A DNA stretch of 64,000 bases from positions 27,045 through 91,044 of the forward strand of contig JAGCNW010000030.1 of the NCBI GenBank assembly GCA_017645785.1. Reading direction: 5' to 3'. Below the pieces are notes generated by a model. That model worked only from the letters and a program-made list of their open reading frames with translations. It was not told where the DNA came from and did no database searches. Each line of letters opens with the position of its first letter. Position 1 is the stretch's first letter. This document shows, piece after piece, positions 1 through 8,874 of this stretch. This DNA comes from Treponema sp. (GTDB lineage Bacteria > Spirochaetota > Spirochaetia > Treponematales > Treponemataceae). The position numbers were made by a program, and so were the translations under genes.

Positions 1-275
1 TTCGGAGTGTTTATGTTAATTTGAAATATGCCCGTATTTCTGTTTCTTCCCGAAGTTCCCAACTCGGATTGGAACGGAACGCCAGGCATAAAGAAAACTT
101 CAAAGAACAGCTCGTTTGACGGAACCTCGAACGCCTCGTTCGGAAGGGCGACGTTAGGATAAGTCTTCCAAACGTTTCCCTCGCTGTCCGTCTCTTCAAG
201 CGGCTTTGTTATGTAAGGTTCCCCGATGTCAAGGAACCTTTCAGTTATCTTCTGCTCTATGTAAGTGTCTGTCAT
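1..275 (-). CDS. Partial CDS (first 91 codons, continues past window start): DUF4128/gpU-like tail terminator or tail completion protein (tentative)
   Basis: My own minus-strand translation from ATG 275-273 (ATGA overlap with the stop of the 336-aa ORF) stays open to base 1: MTDTYIEQKITERFLDIGEPYITKPLEE...ELFFEVFFMPGVPFQSELGTSGRNRNTGIFQINI. The pattern recalls DUF4128-type proteins (memory). Not in the supplied ORF track. Confidence 0.4.
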   Translation of the reverse strand, partial: MTDTYIEQKITERFLDIGEPYITKPLEETDSEGNVWKTYPNVALPNEAFEVPSNELFFEVFFMPGVPFQSELGTSGRNRNTGIFQININTP

Positions 276-1282
276 GCGAACCCGTCCAAGAACTCCTCAA
301 CCTCTTGGGAGTTCAACTTAAAATTGAACTTAAACTTATTGCCCTGCAATTTTTGGGCAAGTTTCTGCATTTGCGACCTCGTTATTTTTTTTGAAAAATG
401 CGCGTTCTTCGCGTATTTGGCGGGGTTCTTCATTCCCTGCATATACTCGAACTCCGCGTTCGTGACTCGCAACATTCCTTGTGGCGCCTGAAGCGTGTAT
501 CCGTCAGTTGTCGTTCCGTGCCAATATTTATTGCCGGAATCCTTGTTCTTTCCGTGGTTTTTGACTTCGTATTCTCCGTATTCCAAAAGGCTGAACCTTG
601 GGTTGACGTTCTTGACTTTGACACTTGAAAGCATTTTGCCGTTGGACTTGAGCCATCGGTCATACATAACCCCTGAGACCATATTCGTGGATGATTTGTC
701 GCCGAACTTGTCGAAGCAGCCGGACAAAGCGATGTCGTCGGCCTTTATCACTCCAAGCGAACCGCCTCCCGCACTGAACCCCTCTATGACCCAATCCTTT
801 TTTATTACGTCCTTATCCTTGGTATGGTGCCTTGTGACATTAGAACGGAGCAATTTGCCTTTTTTGCTTATTATGTCAACCTTGTAAGTGTAATTCTCAT
901 CTTCGGGAGTCCTTGAAACCAAGTGCTGAAAATACACTCCGAAGTAGTCGCACTGCGCCCTTCGCTGTTTCATCGCCGCTCCGTAAAGAGCGGGTATCAT
1001 TTGCTCAATGACACTATCCTCAATTTGCTGGCGAAAATGCTTTCTGACCCTTTCAACAGCTTCTCTTGCCGACATATCTTTTTGAACGAACTTGCCAGTC
1101 CTTTCGTCCTTCTCAAAACCTCTATGGGGGCTTACGTTGTGGCCGTATCGCCAATCTTTAATCGTGTTTCCAAAGTCCTTTAATGTGCCGCGCAAATCGG
1201 CTTGGTAATAAAAATACTCTTTTGTTTGTCCCCTTATGGGCGAGCGGGTTGTTATTGTGACTTTTAAACTGTTCTTCACCAT
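272..1282 (-). CDS. Hypothetical virion-module protein (336 aa)
   Basis: Long ORF in the minus-strand structural module, ATGA-coupled to the downstream gene. No family recognised. Confidence 0.6.
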   Translation of the reverse strand: MVKNSLKVTITTRSPIRGQTKEYFYYQADLRGTLKDFGNTIKDWRYGHNVSPHRGFEKDERTGKFVQKDMSAREAVERVRKHFRQQIEDSVIEQMIPALYGAAMKQRRAQCDYFGVYFQHLVSRTPEDENYTYKVDIISKKGKLLRSNVTRHHTKDKDVIKKDWVIEGFSAGGGSLGVIKADDIALSGCFDKFGDKSSTNMVSGVMYDRWLKSNGKMLSSVKVKNVNPRFSLLEYGEYEVKNHGKNKDSGNKYWHGTTTDGYTLQAPQGMLRVTNAEFEYMQGMKNPAKYAKNAHFSKKITRSQMQKLAQKLQGNKFKFNFKLNSQEVEEFLDGFA

Positions 1283-1346
1283 AAGAGACCTCTTTCAATG
1301 AGAGTAAAATGAAAAAAAAGCATTGTTAAATTAAGGTTTGTGAATA

Positions 1347-1375
1347 TTGACGATGTTGTGGTTTGCGGATATACT
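1347..1375 (+). promoter_or_regulatory. sigma70-like promoter TTGACG-17-TATACT
   Basis: Read directly. It lies in an AT-rich 500-nt gap between two minus-strand virion genes, about 30 nt upstream of ATG 1406. Confidence 0.45.
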
Positions 1376-1405
1376 TTTTCACAATAGGGAATTTGCGGAA
1401 TCTTT

Positions 1406-1783
1406 ATGTCTGTTCATTTATGGGGCGGAAAACCATATACATACGCTGAATACGGGAAAAGTAAAAAATCAAAAAAAATCAAAAGGCCCCACGCAAACAA
1501 GGACACCAAATGGCGACTTTTCTGTAGATACGTAAAACAAATGGACGACACAAGGTTAAGGCGGTTTTTATCAAGGCTTTTTAACCACCTTTATAGATTT
1601 CACAAAAAGGGAAGAAAATTACAAGATTTTATCGAAGAGTATAGACCTCTGTTAAGGGAGAGTAAACTTCAAAAAACTGACTACAGGGTTAAAAGGGCGT
1701 ATTTGTTTTTTTTAGATATTGACTCGAAGGTTTTCTTGAAAAAGAAGCAAAATTCAAATTCTACCGCAAAAAAAGGAGAGTGA
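1406..1783 (+). CDS. Hypothetical very basic protein (125 aa), opposite strand to the virion genes (moron-like)
   Basis: ORF track. K/R-rich (RRFLSRLFNHLYRFHKKGRK), in an AT-rich island with a promoter upstream but a weak SD. The region could instead be non-coding. Confidence 0.35.
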   Translation: MSVHLWGGKPYTYAEYGKSKKSKKIKRPHANKDTKWRLFCRYVKQMDDTRLRRFLSRLFNHLYRFHKKGRKLQDFIEEYRPLLRESKLQKTDYRVKRAYLFFLDIDSKVFLKKKQNSNSTAKKGE

Positions 1784-1788
1784 TTCGC

Positions 1789-2169
1789 TCAATTTCCCGC
1801 CCTTCTGCCTTGAACGATGTAACAGATAGTGTCGCTTCCGTTCGGCTGTATCGTGTCCACTTGCAGACAGTCGTAAATGATTCCGCCGAACTCTATCTCG
1901 TCCTTCATCTCCGTAGGAACGTCAAAGTCGAATTTGCAGACAATCCTAGCGTCTCCGACCTTAATCAAGCCGCCGCTCTCGCCGATGGCCTGCGCGGAGT
2001 ATTTCGTCTTTACGGCGATTCCCTCAATCTCAATCCACTTTTGGACTACCTTCTTCAAGTTCTCGTCGAAACGCGGCTTTCCGTCGGGCTTGCGAAGGGT
2101 CGCCTTCGCTCCGAACTTGTCGAGAAGGTTTTGGGCGAGATTTTGGAACACTCCGTAGTTCATTCCCAT
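1789..2169 (-). CDS. Hypothetical head-tail joining/neck protein (126 aa)
   Basis: ORF abuts the adaptor gene. Call is by position only; no motif recognised. Confidence 0.55.
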   Translation of the reverse strand: MGMNYGVFQNLAQNLLDKFGAKATLRKPDGKPRFDENLKKVVQKWIEIEGIAVKTKYSAQAIGESGGLIKVGDARIVCKFDFDVPTEMKDEIEFGGIIYDCLQVDTIQPNGSDTICYIVQGRRAGN

Positions 2170-2700
2170 TTAAACCCACCTTACGGGAACGCAAATGCTT
2201 CTGGGAGCGTCCTTTTTGTGATACAAACCCTTCAATAGCGTGTCCAAGACTTGATAGACGGAAGTCCATTCCGCCTTCGTCTCGCCGCTGTTGAAATACT
2301 CAATCTCCGTGGCGTCCTCAATCGCCATTTTTTTGACAGCTCCGTTGGAGTCGCTTGTTATGAACAAGTCTTGGGTGAGCGCTATGAAAGCGGCCTCGCA
2401 AACCGCCTTCTGCAAGTTCTTGGGGATTCCCAAAACCTCGTAGCCGTCGTAATCGACTATGCCTTCCCTTGGAAAGCACAAGTCTTGGTAAGGCGTCTTC
2501 TTCACGCCCTTCCAGTTGTAAAGGCTGTCGATGTATTCCGTGGCGGCTATCAACTTGGATTTTCTAGTCTCCTCGTCGTTCTCTGCCCAAGACGCCTTTC
2601 CGTGGACAGCCATATATTCGTCGGCGAACTCAAGCGAAACGTATGTGTTCGCCCCTTCGACAAGAGAACCGTCCTCAACATTCAACTTGATTTCCGCCAT
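2170..2700 (-). CDS. Head-tail adaptor (gp6-like / DnaT-like connector family)
   Basis: The N-terminus ANTYVSLEFADEYMAVHGKASWAENDEETRKSKLIAATEYIDSLY matches the conserved start of head-tail adaptor proteins (memory). It sits downstream of the capsid gene. Confidence 0.6.
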   Translation of the reverse strand: MAEIKLNVEDGSLVEGANTYVSLEFADEYMAVHGKASWAENDEETRKSKLIAATEYIDSLYNWKGVKKTPYQDLCFPREGIVDYDGYEVLGIPKNLQKAVCEAAFIALTQDLFITSDSNGAVKKMAIEDATEIEYFNSGETKAEWTSVYQVLDTLLKGLYHKKDAPRSICVPVRWV

Positions 2701-2706
2701 AATTTC

Positions 2707-2877
2707 CTACCGTCTTTTCTTGCCTTTCTTAAAAGGCCTTTCCTTTTGCGGCTCCGCGCTCGGAACTGATTTCAAGACCCAGCCCTGCGCTTCAAGAGCC
2801 TTCACGTCCTTCTCATCGACACGAATTTCCCTAACTCCCGTCTTTGTCGGAACGCTTCTAGCCATAACGACTACCAT
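2707..2877 (-). CDS. Small hypothetical protein (56 aa)
   Basis: Own translation: MVVVMARSVPTKTGVREIRVDEKDVKALEAQGWVLKSVPSAEPQKERPFKKGKKRR. AAGGAG lies about 6 nt upstream. Below the track size cutoff. Confidence 0.4.
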   Translation of the reverse strand: MVVVMARSVPTKTGVREIRVDEKDVKALEAQGWVLKSVPSAEPQKERPFKKGKKRR

Positions 2878-2886
2878 AAGGACTCC

Positions 2887-3090
2887 TTAGAGTTCTTCGC
2901 TCTTTTCTTCGCCGTCTTTCTCAAAGAAACCTTTAGGCTCTTCGGCTTTCTTGGCGGGCTTCAGCGGCTTCGGAGCCTCTGCCTTCTTGTCCTTAACTAC
3001 CGTCCAACCGCGGCGGCGCATAAACTCAACCATACCCGCGTTGATGGTCATTTTCTGTCCTTTCTTTTCAATGTCAACTGTGTTTTCCAT
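2887..3090 (-). CDS. Small Lys/Glu-rich hypothetical protein (67 aa)
   Basis: ORF track. Lies between the capsid terminator and the adaptor genes. Weak SD. Confidence 0.45.
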   Translation of the reverse strand: MENTVDIEKKGQKMTINAGMVEFMRRRGWTVVKDKKAEAPKPLKPAKKAEEPKGFFEKDGEEKSEEL

Positions 3091-3127
3091 AATGAAATCC
3101 CGTAATGAAAATGTGAAAAGAGAGGGG

Positions 3128-3157
3128 AGCGAAATCTCCCCTCTCTTCCGTCAACCT
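3128..3157 (-). terminator. Rho-independent terminator after the capsid gene
   Basis: Minus strand reads AGAGAGGGGAG-atttcg-CTCCCCTCTCT (11-bp stem) followed by TTTTCACATTTT, a few nt after the capsid stop. Confidence 0.6.
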
Positions 3158-3161
3158 AGGC

Positions 3162-4124
3162 TCACACCTTGGCAATCAACTCAGCGATAGCCACGTTCTT
3201 GCGGTTGTCGACAAGTGACCAGTTGGCGGCTGTGGCCAATTCGGCGTTTGTCGGGGCAAGACCGGCGGCTGAGCCAACCCACTTGACTCCGCGCGGGTGC
3301 ATCGTGAAGGTGCGGCGCGTAATCAAATAGTCGTTGCCAGACTTCTTGTTGCGGTCGATTTCGACCTCGGCAAGGCCGGGGAGTTCGTTGAACGCGAAAG
3401 CTCCCTGTCCGAACAAGTAAATCGGGTAGTTGTCGTTGGCATCCGGCACAAGAGCGTCGTCAACGATAATTGAGCGGCCCAAGAATGTTCTGAACGGATA
3501 AGCCTTCTCGATAGGAGTGGGGTTATCCAAGAGCCTCAACTTTGTGAGCTTGGCGAATACAGCTGAGTGCATAGCCAAAGCTGAAACATTCTCAGCGTGG
3601 TCGCCGAGCAAGTAAAGAGCGTCGACCAAAGAGTCGTAGCTGATTACGGCGGCGGCTCCTGTGCCTCCAGAGATGTCCAAAACGCTGTCCTTCAAAGCGC
3701 CCGTTGAGGCTGTGAAAAGTCCCTTGAGCGAGTTAATGGCGACGTTCTGCAAGGCGAAAGCCCAGTCGAGGGCGTTCTTGTCGCCGATGGCCTTCATCGG
3801 GTCGTCGCCCGAAAGGAGGCGGGCATAGTCGTTCGAACCGTAAGAAATGTTACGGATGTGGCGAACGGCGATGTCCTTGTCGGCGGTAATCTTGTTGATT
3901 GTCGCGTCGGCGTCTTCAACAGGAACTTCATCGGGAGTTCTGCTGTTAACCCACATAGGAAGGTTGACTGTCTGTCCGCCGGCGGCAAGGCGCTCGGCGA
4001 TGCGTTCGCCGTCGCCTGTGGCGATTCCAGACTTGATGAAGTTGCAGAGTTCAACTGACTTCTGCAACACATAAGGGCTATAAACTTCGGGGACAATTAC
4101 ATCCGCTAGTTTAGTGTTTGCCAT
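3162..4124 (-). CDS. Major capsid protein (HK97-fold type)
   Basis: 320 aa, directly downstream of the scaffold-like gene. The N-terminus MANTKLADVIVPEVYSPYV and the length are typical. Followed by a strong terminator. Confidence 0.8.
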   Translation of the reverse strand: MANTKLADVIVPEVYSPYVLQKSVELCNFIKSGIATGDGERIAERLAAGGQTVNLPMWVNSRTPDEVPVEDADATINKITADKDIAVRHIRNISYGSNDYARLLSGDDPMKAIGDKNALDWAFALQNVAINSLKGLFTASTGALKDSVLDISGGTGAAAVISYDSLVDALYLLGDHAENVSALAMHSAVFAKLTKLRLLDNPTPIEKAYPFRTFLGRSIIVDDALVPDANDNYPIYLFGQGAFAFNELPGLAEVEIDRNKKSGNDYLITRRTFTMHPRGVKWVGSAAGLAPTNAELATAANWSLVDNRKNVAIAELIAKV

Positions 4125-4141
4125 TTTCTGTTACCTCTTTG

Positions 4142-4900
4142 TTATACCCCCGCTTCCTGCTTGTAGCGCTGGTATAGAGCGGGGTTTGTTCGATACAATT
4201 CGGCCTGCTTGGTCAGGTTTTCGTGTCCCTTCAAGAAAGGATTGCCGCTAAGCGCTCCGCTTCCCGATGAGCCGCTTCCCGTGGCCCCGCCGCCCGAATT
4301 TCCGTTTCGCAAGAACTTTTTGCCGAGGTCGGACGAACAGAAGTCGTCGACTTCGCCGCCAATGCTCTTGCCCGATTGATTTATAAGCTGGTTTCCGTTT
4401 CCGAGGTCTCGCTCGAAGAACTTCTCTCCCTTGGAGCCAATAATGGTGTCCATAAGGAAATTGCGTCCCGACGGCTCAATGTCAAACTTGGCGACGGCTT
4501 CGTTGAACTCCTGCACGCACTTCAGGTGGTGCTCGGACTGCTTCACTTCGGCCAACTGCGACTCGAATGACTTGATTTTTTCGTCGCGTTCTGCGATGGC
4601 GCCTTTGTATGCCTTTTCAGCCTCAAGCCGCTGGGTCTCATACGCCTTGCGTATCTCCTCAGGACTGTTGGCCTCCAACTGGGCCTTGAGCGTCTTCAGG
4701 TCTTCCGCTCCCTTTGCGTTCAAAGTCTCCAATTCCTCATACTTGGCTTTAAGGGCTTCCTTCTCTTTCTTGATGTCGTCGCGGTTCATTTTCAAACCGT
4801 TGACGTTATCGTTGTAAAGATTGAGAAGCGTCTTTGCCTTCTCCGCGACTTCTCCTTCCCCAGAAAGGATTTTTGTGAGTTCCTCTTCATTGAATTCCAT
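4142..4900 (-). CDS. Scaffolding protein
   Basis: 252 aa, charged and coiled-coil-like (KKEKEALKAKYEELETLNAKGAEDLKTLKAQLEA) with a Gly/Ser-rich tail. Immediately upstream of the capsid gene. Confidence 0.65.
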   Translation of the reverse strand: MEFNEEELTKILSGEGEVAEKAKTLLNLYNDNVNGLKMNRDDIKKEKEALKAKYEELETLNAKGAEDLKTLKAQLEANSPEEIRKAYETQRLEAEKAYKGAIAERDEKIKSFESQLAEVKQSEHHLKCVQEFNEAVAKFDIEPSGRNFLMDTIIGSKGEKFFERDLGNGNQLINQSGKSIGGEVDDFCSSDLGKKFLRNGNSGGGATGSGSSGSGALSGNPFLKGHENLTKQAELYRTNPALYQRYKQEAGV

Positions 4901-5052
4901 GCTTTACTCCTGTAACACATACCGCCGAATCTCACGGCTCAAAGAAAAAGTGGGCTTTCTTCTGAATGCCTCTTTTTCTCCGATTTTGGGAAAAATGTTA
5001 CAGTGAAAAAAAAATGCGATTAAATTGAGTTTTTTAACTTTTTGGAGATTCT

Positions 5053-5958
5053 TTAATAATCGAGTTCGTCAAGGCGGAGTTTCCGCCCATTCTTGACGAA
5101 TTGGCTGAGCTTGATTTGCCCGCTCTTGTAAAGCCCGTATCTTGTCTTTCCGAGTATCTCCCTTTGCTCTTCGTCCGAAAGGCTGTCAACGAACTCTTGG
5201 TAGGTTGGCAACTCGACGTCAGGCTCTCCGTCCACTTCGGCTATCAAAACGCAGCGGCAGCGGTTATGGAGAGGGTAGTTGGGAGCCTTCGCCCTGTCGG
5301 AGAAGAACAAGCCGTGGTAGTCTCCGCAGACAACGCAAGTGTGCCCGTCAAGCGTGGCGCAACAGCGGTAGCCCCTTATTTGCTCGGAGTTCGCCTCGTA
5401 AGTCCGCAAGTCGGCGAACTTGGCGAAAGACGGTATCGAAGTCTCGAAGTCCGACATAACGGAGTTCTCGAAGGATTTCTTCTGCCTTCCGGCGGTCTCA
5501 ACGGCTCCCTCGCTTGAGCCGCCGAAAGCCCAAGCGGAGCGGACGGCGGAAGAGTAGGCCGTTCTCACGCTTCTAGCCAAGCGGTCGGAGGCCGACTGTA
5601 TGGTGTCCTTGCCGTTGTAAGGGGTGAACTTCACGAAAGAGCTGAAGTCGTCGGGAGTTTTGTCGAAGCCGTATAGTTTGGAAAGCCACTTCGCTTGCTT
5701 GGCCGCCACTCCGACGGCGGCTCCTATGGCCAAGGCGGAAAGGGCGGTCGAAAGGGCGGAAGTCCTTTTTTTAATCTCGGACTCCGCCTCGGAAACGGCG
5801 GCCTTCGTGTGGTAGTCAGGCACGGAAAGGATTATGTCGTCAAGGTCGCCCTCGCACTCCTCTAAGAGTTCAAGGGCTTTCTCCGCCTCTCCGTCCGCGT
5901 AAGCCTCAATGTCGATGTATCTTTTGAGAAAATCGTCGGCTTTCAAACTTCGCTCCAC
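5053..5958 (-). CDS. Minor head / head morphogenesis protein (Phage_Mu_F, SPP1 gp7 family)
   Basis: C-terminal CCATLDGHTCVVCGDYHG...NYPLHNRCRCVLI is the family signature. The track start (6141) would overlap the upstream gene by about 200 nt. In-frame GTG 5958 or TTG 5946 (GGAG upstream) are more plausible starts. Confidence 0.75.
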   Translation of the reverse strand: MERSLKADDFLKRYIDIEAYADGEAEKALELLEECEGDLDDIILSVPDYHTKAAVSEAESEIKKRTSALSTALSALAIGAAVGVAAKQAKWLSKLYGFDKTPDDFSSFVKFTPYNGKDTIQSASDRLARSVRTAYSSAVRSAWAFGGSSEGAVETAGRQKKSFENSVMSDFETSIPSFAKFADLRTYEANSEQIRGYRCCATLDGHTCVVCGDYHGLFFSDRAKAPNYPLHNRCRCVLIAEVDGEPDVELPTYQEFVDSLSDEEQREILGKTRYGLYKSGQIKLSQFVKNGRKLRLDELDY

Positions 5959-7283
5959 GGCCTCAAGTATCCGATTACGGTCTTGTAGTCCCACTTGGCT
6001 ATCTTCGCCCCGTCCTGCTTGAAGCCGTCCTGCTCGAAGACGACAAGGTATGTGGGAAAGGTCTCGATGACGATTGCCACGTGTCCGTATTTGTTCTTTT
6101 CGGTCGCTCCGAAAACAACGACGTCCTCCTGCTGTCCGCAAAAGCGGTCGGTGATGAGATTAAGGTATTTTTTTTCAATGGGAAACTCGTTGTATCGCAG
6201 AACCAAGTCCTTCGCCCCGCCGTCCGCTCCGAGAGACTCCGTGCGGGGAATGTTCCAGCCTTCGTCGCACCATTGGCGATACAAGTCCATACAATTATGG
6301 ACTTTGTAATTATTGCAAATGTAAGTGTGCGTTCCGTCTGTTTCAAGGTTGTAAACTTCTTGTTCAGATTCCTCCAAATATTCCAAATAGCGTTTATGAG
6401 TTTTGGTGTTGTTGAAACAAACTGTCAGCATATAAAGAGGTTTGATGGATTTCACCAATTTGCCTTTTATTCTGATATAATCAGAACTCCTTTTTGAAAG
6501 ACGAAGGCTCTTTGTTGCGCATCCTAATTTTATGCACATGGCTTGAAAAGCCATCAAAAGCGGCAAATTAGTGTTTGTTATTCTGTAAGAATTGTGATGG
6601 GGCGACCCATCCGCATTTATAAAACCTTCCAAAATCAAAGAGTATTCGCGGTTGGAGAATGTAAGGGGCAACTTCTTTTCCGCTCCGCATACATTCAGAA
6701 TGAAATCAGTGAGTTTTTTATGCTCCCTCTTCAACAAACCAGCCACATACGCATTTTCACTTTCTTGATGAACCCTCTCGTCTCCCGTCAAACCTAACGA
6801 ATGGACAAAGGCTCTTTTTTTAACGCCATAAGTAATTCTGATTTCGTCGGTGCGGTTGTCTTTGTGATAGCCGATATTGCCATCTCCAAGCCAAAATCCG
6901 AGAAACTTCAACTCGTTGTCAGTCAAACCGCTGGGCGCATAAATTTCTCTGTCAAAAAGAGCGGGAGTCTCTTTTTCAAGATGTTGGGCAGGCACAAACC
7001 TTCCGCTTTGGCAATAAAACGGGTGGTCGGGAGTTACATAGAAATCGCCAAGTTCCGTTCTGAGGTGAACAACCTTTCGCTTGGTGTTAAAAAGCTTGAC
7101 TACTGTGTTAACTTGGTTGTCATAGCCTATGACTTTATCGCCAACCTTAATGTCCTCAATCGGCTTATAAGTCCAATCCGACATCAAGACACAATGCCCT
7201 TTCGTGAAACATTGAGGCCCCGCGTATCCGTCGTAATCCACCTTTGTCTTGATGTGTTTCTGAATGAAATCCCAAATGTCCAC
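5943..7283 (-). CDS. CHAP-domain peptidoglycan hydrolase precursor interrupted by an intein
   Basis: Exteins MDIW...DYDGYAGPQ + CMDLYRQWCDEGW...KYGHVAIV...FEQDG reconstitute a LysK-like CHAP motif (compare DADGYYHAQCQDLITDY and GHIGIV in phage K LysK, from memory). See the intein feature. Confidence 0.8.
   Translation of the reverse strand: MDIWDFIQKHIKTKVDYDGYAGPQCFTKGHCVLMSDWTYKPIEDIKVGDKVIGYDNQVNTVVKLFNTKRKVVHLRTELGDFYVTPDHPFYCQSGRFVPAQHLEKETPALFDREIYAPSGLTDNELKFLGFWLGDGNIGYHKDNRTDEIRITYGVKKRAFVHSLGLTGDERVHQESENAYVAGLLKREHKKLTDFILNVCGAEKKLPLTFSNREYSLILEGFINADGSPHHNSYRITNTNLPLLMAFQAMCIKLGCATKSLRLSKRSSDYIRIKGKLVKSIKPLYMLTVCFNNTKTHKRYLEYLEESEQEVYNLETDGTHTYICNNYKVHNCMDLYRQWCDEGWNIPRTESLGADGGAKDLVLRYNEFPIEKKYLNLITDRFCGQQEDVVVFGATEKNKYGHVAIVIETFPTYLVVFEQDGFKQDGAKIAKWDYKTVIGYLRPWSEV
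6294..7211 (-). mobile_element. Intein (306 aa) with LAGLIDADG homing endonuclease domain
   Basis: Residues 25-330 of the 446-aa ORF. It starts CFTKGHCVLMSDW..VGDKV and ends THTYICNNYKVHN followed by +1 Cys. LAGLIDADG motifs are LKFLGFWLGDGNI and LILEGFINADGS. Confidence 0.8.
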
Positions 7284-7293
7284 AAAAGCCCCC

Positions 7294-8814
7294 TTACGCC
7301 TTGACAGCGCGGTGTTCCTGCGCCCGCTTGCTCTTGAAGGCGTCGTAGATTTCCTTGTTCGTGAGTCCCGACAACTGCTCCATATCGATTAGGTATATGA
7401 AGTCGTCGTATGTCATATCGGGTTCGACCAACTCCTGCTGCTGCAAAATCCAGAACACGCTGTAGAGCGGGAACTTTCCTTGTCCCGAAATGTTGGCGAT
7501 TGAGTTGATGATGTTCGGGTCAAGGCTCATAGTCTCGTAGTCGTAGTTCAACTGCAACGAAATGTTGCCTTCGTAACCCTTCCACTCCATGAACCACTGC
7601 AAGATTTGAGTGACCTTGACGCTGATGTTCCTTGCGAGCGTGGCGAGGCGGGCATTCTCTCCCGCGCGGTGGACGTAAGCGGACTCCGCCGTTTCCGATG
7701 TTTTCTTGTCGGGCGCTATGTCCTTCAAGAACAAGCCCGCCATTTGGCTTTCGATTTTGTCTATGTCCTTCTCGGAGTGGGCGAGTCCCTCTCCCGCAAA
7801 CTCAATCTTTCCGACCTTGGCTTCAGGCTCCGGAATCATAAGGAAAGCGTCGTCGCCCAAGGTTATCGACTCGTTCTGCTCCTTGTGCTCTTCGTCTTCC
7901 TTGGCCTCGTGTCCTGTAATCCAGCCCGTGCCGAGAGTGGAGATGTGGACTCCGTTCTTGAAGTCGGCGGTAGATTGGTAGTGGGCTATGTTGAGAACCG
8001 CCAAGTTGTAGAGCGGCGGCTGCTCAGGCTCCCCGAAAGGAAGCATGACGAAAGGAATGTATTCAATCGGATTTCCGTTAACCGTAATCGGAATGACGGT
8101 CTCTGTGTATTCAACGACCTTGCCGTTCGCGTCCTTAACGGGGTCGTAGACGGTCTGGTAATACTCTCCTTTTTCGTTTATCGCCAAAACTCTGTATCGG
8201 GTCTCGTATGAGTGGACGAACATAGAGCCTCTGTCAACGCGCTCCTTCAGCTTCACGAGCGAAAGCCTTTCCACTCCGTTGAAGTTGTCGAAACGCCAAA
8301 AGTCTATGTCCTCCGCCTTGTAATACTTCAAGTGCGGCCTGATTCCCATTTTCTCGGCCTCTTCCACGGTCAAACCTTCGGGCGCGGCGGGCATATCCAA
8401 TAGGATTCCGCCGAATCCCGTGGCCATAACGTCCCTTACGCTGTCGGAAAGGAACTGATACAAGCCGTTGCCCCTGTTGTCGATGTTGCCCAACGCTCCG
8501 CTGTCGATGAAGTTGTCGGGGGCTTGTATCGCGGGGCTTCTTCTGAAAATCATGCCGTGCATAATGTCCAAAGCCTGCCCCGTGAAGTTGACGTAGACGG
8601 CGCGCTTCAAGAAGGCGGCGTATCTTCGCTCGGTCTCAATTTTTGACTTGCCCGGAGCCTTGGGGAGATACTCTGGCCCCGCGGCCTTAACCGCGTCGCT
8701 TCCCTCAATGCAGTCGCGCATAACCTTCCATTGGGCTTCCCTTGTCAGATACAAGGGGCATTTGTTCTCCACGCTCAAGTCGGGAGTCTTGACTGGTTCG
8801 CTGGGTATATACAT
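7294..8814 (-). CDS. Portal protein
   Basis: 506 aa between the terminase large subunit and the head-morphogenesis genes. The N-terminal WKVMRDCIEGSDAVKAAGPEYLP recalls DUF4055-type portals (memory). Confidence 0.75.
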   Translation of the reverse strand: MYIPSEPVKTPDLSVENKCPLYLTREAQWKVMRDCIEGSDAVKAAGPEYLPKAPGKSKIETERRYAAFLKRAVYVNFTGQALDIMHGMIFRRSPAIQAPDNFIDSGALGNIDNRGNGLYQFLSDSVRDVMATGFGGILLDMPAAPEGLTVEEAEKMGIRPHLKYYKAEDIDFWRFDNFNGVERLSLVKLKERVDRGSMFVHSYETRYRVLAINEKGEYYQTVYDPVKDANGKVVEYTETVIPITVNGNPIEYIPFVMLPFGEPEQPPLYNLAVLNIAHYQSTADFKNGVHISTLGTGWITGHEAKEDEEHKEQNESITLGDDAFLMIPEPEAKVGKIEFAGEGLAHSEKDIDKIESQMAGLFLKDIAPDKKTSETAESAYVHRAGENARLATLARNISVKVTQILQWFMEWKGYEGNISLQLNYDYETMSLDPNIINSIANISGQGKFPLYSVFWILQQQELVEPDMTYDDFIYLIDMEQLSGLTNKEIYDAFKSKRAQEHRAVKA

Positions 8815-8874
8815 TTTTCACCGCCTTCTAGTTTTATAGGTAGCCATTCTAGCCTTGAAAAAAACTCGCCTTAA

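Noticed and set aside
5959-6141. N-terminal 60-aa extension of the Mu-F-like ORF (track start 6141).
   Set aside because: It would overlap the CHAP gene 3' end by about 200 nt and translates to an Arg-rich non-protein-like stretch. In-frame GTG 5958 or TTG 5946 fit the gene packing.
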